This document shows positions 61,821 through 64,000 of a DNA stretch of 64,000 nucleotides, one piece after another. Each line of letters begins with the position of its first letter. Within the stretch, counting starts at the first letter, position 1. This DNA comes from Lepidodermella squamata (Eukaryota > Animalia > Gastrotricha): contig JBLDXI010000019.1 of NCBI GenBank assembly GCA_047495785.1, positions 1,922,001 to 1,986,000 of the forward strand, written 5' to 3'. The translations under genes and the position numbers were made by a program. The notes beneath the pieces are model-generated. The model saw nothing but the letters and a program-made list of their open reading frames with translations, ran no database searches and was not told the origin of the DNA.

Positions 61821-63860
61821 TCATCTTCGAAGCAAGTCATAAATAGGTCCAGACGATGTTTCAGGCAACGGCCTGCCGCTGTAGTCATCAAACGTGCAAA
61901 GCTCCTTCGCGCCTGGCACCATCCTTCTAGTCGGCGCCAGCGAAAAGTGGGAGGCAGATTCTCCGTAGCCACTGCGGCTTATCACCAGTCGGTCCATTGC
62001 TGTCAATAAATGCCAATCAAGGTAGGTCTTCGCCTCGTCGAACCAGGTTGCCTCGTCGAAAACAGCCTTCGAAGCCATTTTATCAAGGTGTCTAATGGTC
62101 AAGTTGTGCCGGCTGTCTGTTGTGAAGATTTTTATCGTGGCCAATGTAAAATTGCTCATAATTTTGGTAAAATCGGTGAAAGCTCCGGCCCAGTCTGTTG
62201 TCATGAAGATGGTGGCATCGCGGCCGGCGATTTCCGGCGAATTCAAGAACTTTATGACCTCATCCGCAAAGCAATGCATGATGTCGATCTTGTAGTTATT
62301 CGCGCTATCCAAATCTGAAATGATTATAATGATTAAGAAATTCGCTCTGTAGAAGGGAAGACGTAACTCTGCACCAGAAAAACCGGGGAAAACTTTTTTC
62401 ATTCCATCAATGTCTTTTTTTTAATAATTTGTGGGTGTGCCAAGTGCGCATCCTCAACATAACATAATGATCTGTTATCTTTATAAGTGCCCTCTCTTTC
62501 CACCAATACTTGGGGTTCTAGCACTAAATGTGAGACTCTAGCACTAGATTCCCCTAAATATGGTTTTTCGAGTTTCCACTCTTCGCTAGAATCTCACATT
62601 TTTTGTTATTGCCTAACCCCTAACCGCTTGACCTTCATATTACGCGCATTTCCCGCTATGAGCGATAACTTTACGAATTATACTGGTATGCTATAACATG
62701 AGTTAAGAATACATCTCTGAACGGAGCCGGCCGAGATTTACGAATCGAAACGAGTCGGAGACGAGTTGAAATGAGTAAATCGAGTACGGCGAGTTCAGAT
62801 ATAAACGATTTACGAAAATTGAAAATTTCGGGAAATTCGAAGAAGTAGCAAGCTTACCAAAGCTTCGATACTGAACGCCGATTTTAATCGACCGCCGCCA
62901 AAATTCTAGGCCGACAGAGTCTGAAATGACTCGATCCCGCAACTTGCTCAATTTATCGCCTGGCCTGTCCAAAATAACGCGTAGAGCCACCGAAATGGCG
63001 ATGTTAAGGTCGTCGACGTTTTCCATCAATCCCGGCGCAAATTTGTCGAAATTGCCTCGAAATTCCTGCTTCCGTAATAAAGCATCCAAGCCATTATGCC
63101 TATTGGACATCATCTTGAAATATCGGAACTTTTCATACTTGCCAGTAAAATTTTCTTTTAACATAAAATCGTGATAAGGCCCAAATGGCTTGTCCATGTT
63201 TAGCATGCTGTTGAAAGAAAACCATTTCGTACTCTCGTGGTTATATTGCTCGCCGAAAGTGCCGCGAAACGCCTCACTTCCGACGTTGTAGTACTTTTCG
63301 TTGACATCAAAATAATCGGCAACATCGCCCGGTCGGTGCCATTCGAAGGTGAAAGCGCGATCGGTGGCTAGTGCCAAGTAAAATGCGATAACAGTTCCGC
63401 GCAATCTATCGCCGAATCCGGCGCAACTAAAAACCGAGGAATACCGACAACTACCGCCGCCCGAGCTGGTGAACGGTGGATACATGAAGTCGAAACAGGT
63501 GATACTGCTAGGAATAACAGATCGCTTGCAGAATGACGACGAAAATTTAACATCTTTTCGGGTTTTGGGTGATTGAAATTTTTCAGTGATCCGTTTCATA
63601 TAGTTTCGTCTTATCGATCCAGCGATTGCGATGGCTTTAGCTTGTCTGGGTGAAATAGCGATGCCATTCGGCGGTAAGCCATCGTCGAAGTCAGAAGTTG
63701 TCGTATCGTCGATCGATGAGCTGTTGCCCAGAATGCTAAACCGATATCGAAATCGCTGCAAATCAGGAGGATATAGCACTAGAACCGGCAGAATAACTAA
63801 AGACACTAGCCCTATCGTTACTTTAACGAAGAAGGTGCGTGGTAGAGCAGTGTGTAACAT
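61821..63860 (-). CDS. Fucosyltransferase-clan protein, copy 4 (recent duplicate of copy 3), ~498 aa; exons 63860-62858, 62314-61821
   Basis: Exon 2 is 494 nt and nearly identical to copy 3; same motifs and intron phase; shared upstream sequence CAGCACGCGATCGGTCGAGAAAAGTA. Confidence 0.85.
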
Positions 63861-64000
63861 TCTAAAATTTGGAAGAAAAAATGATTTCAACGCATCAAAG
63901 CCCGGCTTCTATTACCAAACAGCACGCGATCGGTCGAGAAAAGTATAGCATCAATGAATAAATGAATGAAATCTCGCGATTTTTAGCAGCTATTGATAAA

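Noticed and set aside
29415-63935. GCACGCGATC motif upstream of the GT10 gene and copies 3 and 4 as a shared regulator
   Set aside because: Two of the three occurrences come from the duplication, and I did not find it before the other cluster genes.
7152-63948. Numerous short ORFs antisense to or overlapping the called genes
   Set aside because: Shadow frames of real exons; their similarity across paralogs follows from the sense genes.

Overview
Eukaryotic, invertebrate-animal-type genomic DNA with spliceosomal GT-AG introns (many 45-60 bp) and two GC-AG introns; the taxon cannot be fixed from sequence alone. All gene models were spliced by hand and checked for frame. The left 14 kb is very compact: two NRF-6/acyltransferase-3 genes, a secreted coiled-coil/beta-propeller gene, three divergent pentameric ligand-gated channel subunits with a C-x14-C loop, and the 3' part of a ~1500 aa SLC4A11-like gene whose last intron holds an antisense secreted Cys-rich gene. 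The right 45 kb is transposon-rich and carries seven co-oriented type II glycosyltransferase-like genes from four different families: four GxGDRxRG fucosyltransferase-clan genes, one GT10 fucosyltransferase, one GT91/BMT-like beta-propeller enzyme and one STELLO-like gene. This is the best candidate for an undescribed system, a possible animal glycan-biosynthesis cluster. The cluster is interrupted by a 5.9 kb Mutator-like element carrying a spliced OTU protease gene, a fused pseudokinase-kinase-ankyrin gene and a C2H2/FLYWCH remnant. Family assignments rest on motif recognition, not database searches.
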